Of a stretch of DNA of 64,000 nucleotides, positions 59,119 to 64,000 are shown in pieces. The notes beneath the pieces were generated by a model, which did no database searches, was not told the origin of the DNA, and saw only the letters and a list, made by a program, of their open reading frames with translations. Positions within the stretch are counted from its first letter, which is position 1, and the number at the start of each line of letters is the position of its first letter. The position numbers were made by a program, and so were the translations under genes. Origin of the DNA: an uncultured Planctomycetota bacterium (GTDB lineage: Bacteria; Planctomycetota; Planctomycetia; Gemmatales; Gemmataceae); contig CAWKHF010000005.1 of NCBI GenBank assembly GCA_963849325.1, forward strand, positions 832,001 to 896,000, in the 5' to 3' direction.

Positions 59119-62075
59119 TTACTTGCGCGTTTCGGCCTCCGGCGCGGCCGGGAAGGCGGCGCCGACTTCAAAGCCACCGCCGGCCATCGGCTGCACGCGA
59201 ATGATGCGAGCGAGGACGGCGAAGCAGGACACCGTCGCCGACTTGTGCCAGTGCAGGTAGGCTTGCTCGGTGCGCGGCGCCTTGGGGACGCGGAAGCTGA
59301 CGCCGCCCAGCGAGATGTTGCGGCTAATGCCGTCGAGCACTTCGTCCAGCTCCAGGTCGGTTCGGACGGGATAAACGTGCAGCGGCTGAGGACAGGGCCA
59401 ACGATCCGCCGAGCGCTGCTCCGGTCCGGCTTGCAGGTAGCGGCGCATGCTGTCGAACAGGCGCGGGGCCAGTTCCGGCAAGAAGCGCGCGATCCGCTCG
59501 CGGTCGCCGCCCGCCGGGCGGACGCGCATGCGCGCCTCGGCGAAATGCTTGGCGGAGCTCGATCGTCGATTGCACGTCCAGCTCGAACGCCAGGCGGACC
59601 AGGGCGATGGGTTCGCGGTCGCCCGCTCCCGGTCGCGGCGGCGGCTGCACGTCCAGGTGGAAGACGAACGAGTCGCCCTTCTCGCGGACGGTTCGCGCCT
59701 GCCATTCGCCCTTGAAGCCGGCGACCTTCAACGGCAGCGTGCCGGCGAAAAGCTGGATAGGGCATTTGCACTCCCAGACCTCGCTGGACTGCAACACGTA
59801 GCGGACGTTCTGCGGCCCGAGGATGATGCGCGGCGGCGCGGACGAGGCCAGGTTGGGCATGGCCAGGGCGATGGCGATCTGGTTGAGGGGCGGCAGAATG
59901 ATGTCCTTGGACGGCGGCTCCCCTTGCAGGCTGGAGAAGGGAATGACCGCCGGCAGGTCGTAATACAGGTTGCCGCGCCGCGTATTCTGATCGCCGGCCT
60001 TCTCCAAGGCCGCGATCAGCTCCGTGCAGCTGGCGAAGCGCTGTTCGGGATCGTCGCGCAGCGCCCGCTGGAGGATGTCGCGGTCGCAGGCCGGCAGCAG
60101 ATCCAGGTCCAGGCGCGGCTGACCGCGTATCGGAATCAGTCCGGAATCGCCGCGACGCCCCTTGCGCACGCCGGCGGGACGGCGCGAGGAGGCGGCGGCG
60201 GAACGCGGCACCTGCGGCGGGATGCCGTTGAGCATCTCGGCATAGATCAGCGCCAGGCTATACTGGTCGGCGGCGGAGCCGGCCCGACCCATCAGCGCCG
60301 CCCACGCCGCGTCGCCCGGCGGAATGCCTTTCAAGTCCGGCTTGTCGAACAGCTCCGGCGCGGAATAGCGCCCGTTCACGCTGGCCGCCCTCTGTCCGGT
60401 CGGCAGCCAGACCAGCGGCACCAGGCCGAAATCCGTCAGATAGATCGCTTCCTGGTGGAGCATGAGCGCGCGCGGGTTCAGTCCCAGGTGCGGAAGGCTG
60501 TGCTGTCCGTACAGCGCATCCAGTGCCTCGGCCACGGTGCGGAGGAAGGCCAGCAGTTCGTCGCGCGGGATGCCGGGTAGTCCCTGTTTCTGGCACACTT
60601 CCAGGCGTTCGCGCAGGCTCTGCTCGAACTCCTCCGTGACGAGCACCAGGCGGCCGGCCGGACTCCAGGATACCTCGGTGGCCGGCAAGGCCGGATGGTT
60701 GAAGCCCTGCAAGCGTTCGATCAGGATGGGATCTTGTTCGACGAAGCTGTACAGGCACAGGGCGGCGCGGACGGCCCTGCTCGTCCTCGGCTTTCCAGAC
60801 GTCGCCGAGCGGCGTCTGGTTGATGCACTGGAGGAAACGATAGCCGGGCAGCGAAACGCAGGTCGGCGCCAGCCCCATCGGCCCCATTCGGCCCCGCGGT
60901 ATCGAAGGCGGCGCCGCGTCCGGCGCCAGGGCCGGGCGGAGCACCGTCTCCAGTCCGCGGCCGGGTAGCAGCAGCTTGTTGTCCGGGTTGGTCTGCATCA
61001 TGGCCGGCGTCGGCTCGGCCGGCGGACTCGCCCCCGCGTCTTCCGCCGGGCTGGCCGAATGGCCGGCCTTTTCCTCGGACGGATGGGCCGACACGATTTT
61101 TTTGACGGTCATGGCCCGCCGCGGCAGATCGCGCCGCGTGCCTTCCTGTCCGCCGCAGATCAGCGCTTGCAGAAAGTCCAGGCACGAGGGGAAACGCTCT
61201 TCGGGGCTTTTGGCCAGGGCGCGGCCAAGTACCGGCCGGTCCTCCGGCGACAGCGGCGCCAGGTTCGGCTCGGCCGTCAGGTGCAGCATCATCAGCTGAT
61301 ACATGTTCTGGCACCAGAACGGCACCGTGCCGGTGAGCAGCTGTTGATAGACGATGGCCAGGCTGTACTGATCGCAATGACGGCTGACGGTCCCGCGCAG
61401 CAGTTCCGGCGCCGCGTACAACGGCGTCATGCCGCCCTGCCGATGCGAGGGATGGCTGCGGTCCACCTCGCTGAGCCGATCCACCAGGCCGAAGTCGGCC
61501 ACCTTCAAGTGATTGCTGACCAAAAACAGGTTGTGCGGTTTGATGTCGAGATGTTGCAGGCCGTGGCCGAAGTTCATCCAGTCCAGCGCCTCGGCCGCTT
61601 CCAGCAGGTAGCCCAGCAGCTCTTCGCGCGGGATGCCCGCCTGGTTCTGGCCCTGGTAATCGCCCAGCAGGCCGTACAGGCTCTTGTCGGCCAGCTCCAT
61701 GACGATGACGAGAACGCCGTCCACGACCTCGACGCGGTCCAGCGACAGGATGAAGGGATGGCGGATGGTTTTGACCAGCTGCAGGGCTTCGCGTTCCTGG
61801 TTGGCCGGTCCGTCCTTCTCGTCCTGGTTGGGCACGAACTTGACGGCCTTGTACAGGCCGCCGGGCGCCTCGCACTTCCAGACTTCGCCGAAGCCGCCGC
61901 GACCCAACGGTTCGATCAAGCGATAACCGGGGATCGGCTGGGCGCCCGTTTCGCGGGCCCAGGTCGGCAGTTTCGAGGCAACGGGGACTGCTTGCTCCAC
62001 GGCATTTACCTTTGCCAGGGTACGGGAGGAGAGCGGCAGCGGCTTGCCCGAACGTCCTTTTCCTTCCTCCAGCAT
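59119..62075 (-). CDS. Ser/Thr kinase + degenerate second kinase domain + PilZ-like domain (frameshifts ~60760, ~59550)
   Basis: Domain 1: GRGGFG, AVK, HLDIKPHN, DFG, APE. Domain 2: HLGLNPRAL, DFG, APE. Tail: RSADR...NISLGG. Confidence 0.82.
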
Positions 62076-62141
62076 CCCAAGGTTAGTTCACAGGATGAAC
62101 GCGGTCCAATCCGGGTCCGAGAATGAGGAAGGGAACGCACC

Positions 62142-62178
62142 GTCCGAGCCTGAAGCGTAAGCGAAGAGCGTCCTTCGC

Positions 62179-62197
<19 letters not shown>
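62142..62197. repeat. REP-like palindrome, family A copy 3
   Basis: Same arms as 25044 and 35561; supplies the stop codon of the upstream kinase. Confidence 0.9.
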
Positions 62198-63880
<1,683 letters not shown>

Positions 63881-63884
<4 letters not shown>

Positions 63885-64000
63885 GGTGTCAGTACGGCCC
63901 GCAGGCGGCGCACGGCCCGCAGATAGCGCATGGAGGCGGCCGCTTCACTCAGCCCCAGGGCGGCGGCAACGTCCTGGTTGGACAGCTGTTCGCGGTGTCT
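63881..64000 (-). CDS. ECF sigma factor, C-terminal region 4 (partial)
   Basis: Manual translation RHREQLSNQDVAAALGLSEAAASMRYLRAVRRLRAVLTP*; ATGA overlap with the kinase start. Confidence 0.85.

Overview
GC-rich bacterial DNA, almost certainly from a planctomycete (Gemmataceae-like). Evidence: DUF1559, DUF4058, LEPR-XLL-type export signals, an ECF sigma/Ser-Thr kinase pair and planctomycete-type palindromic repeats. Many genes, including housekeeping-type ones, carry single-base frameshifts that look like long-read consensus errors, so I joined the ORF fragments into genes. Layout: (1) 1-13.2 kb is the right part of an integrated accessory island that ends at a displaced tRNA-Gln 3' fragment (att site). 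It carries Hen1, a PcfJ-like protein, an XRE regulator, a MEDS sensor plus PAS/GAF hybrid kinase, DJ-1/PfpI, a broken NADP oxidoreductase, an AbiJ-like/KAP NTPase defence pair and decayed phage-type genes. (2) 13.4-20.3 kb: ClC-CBS, DUF1559, holA, pdxA and a hypothetical. (3) 20.4-28.2 kb: two tandem S8/S53-like exported proteases with Pro-Thr stalks. (4) 28.5-33.6 kb: a copper-enzyme cluster (unknown protein, tyrosinase, multicopper oxidase-AhpC fusion, cupredoxin). (5) 33.9-40.7 kb: orphan DNA methyltransferase, DUF4058, SppA, DksA-like protein and asparaginase. (6) 40.8-58.3 kb: a type IV pilus/T2SS cluster with an inverted-repeat-flanked four-helix-bundle gene inserted between pilB and pilC. 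(7) 58.7-64 kb: DUF2784, a double kinase-PilZ protein, a membrane Ser/Thr kinase and an ECF sigma. Best candidate for a new system: the MEDS gene has an in-frame TGA (3477-3479) at a position where a Cys is expected. A bacterial SECIS-like hairpin follows it, and the frame continues to a stop overlapping the kinase start. This suggests a Cys-Sec selenoprotein sensor coupled to a histidine kinase.
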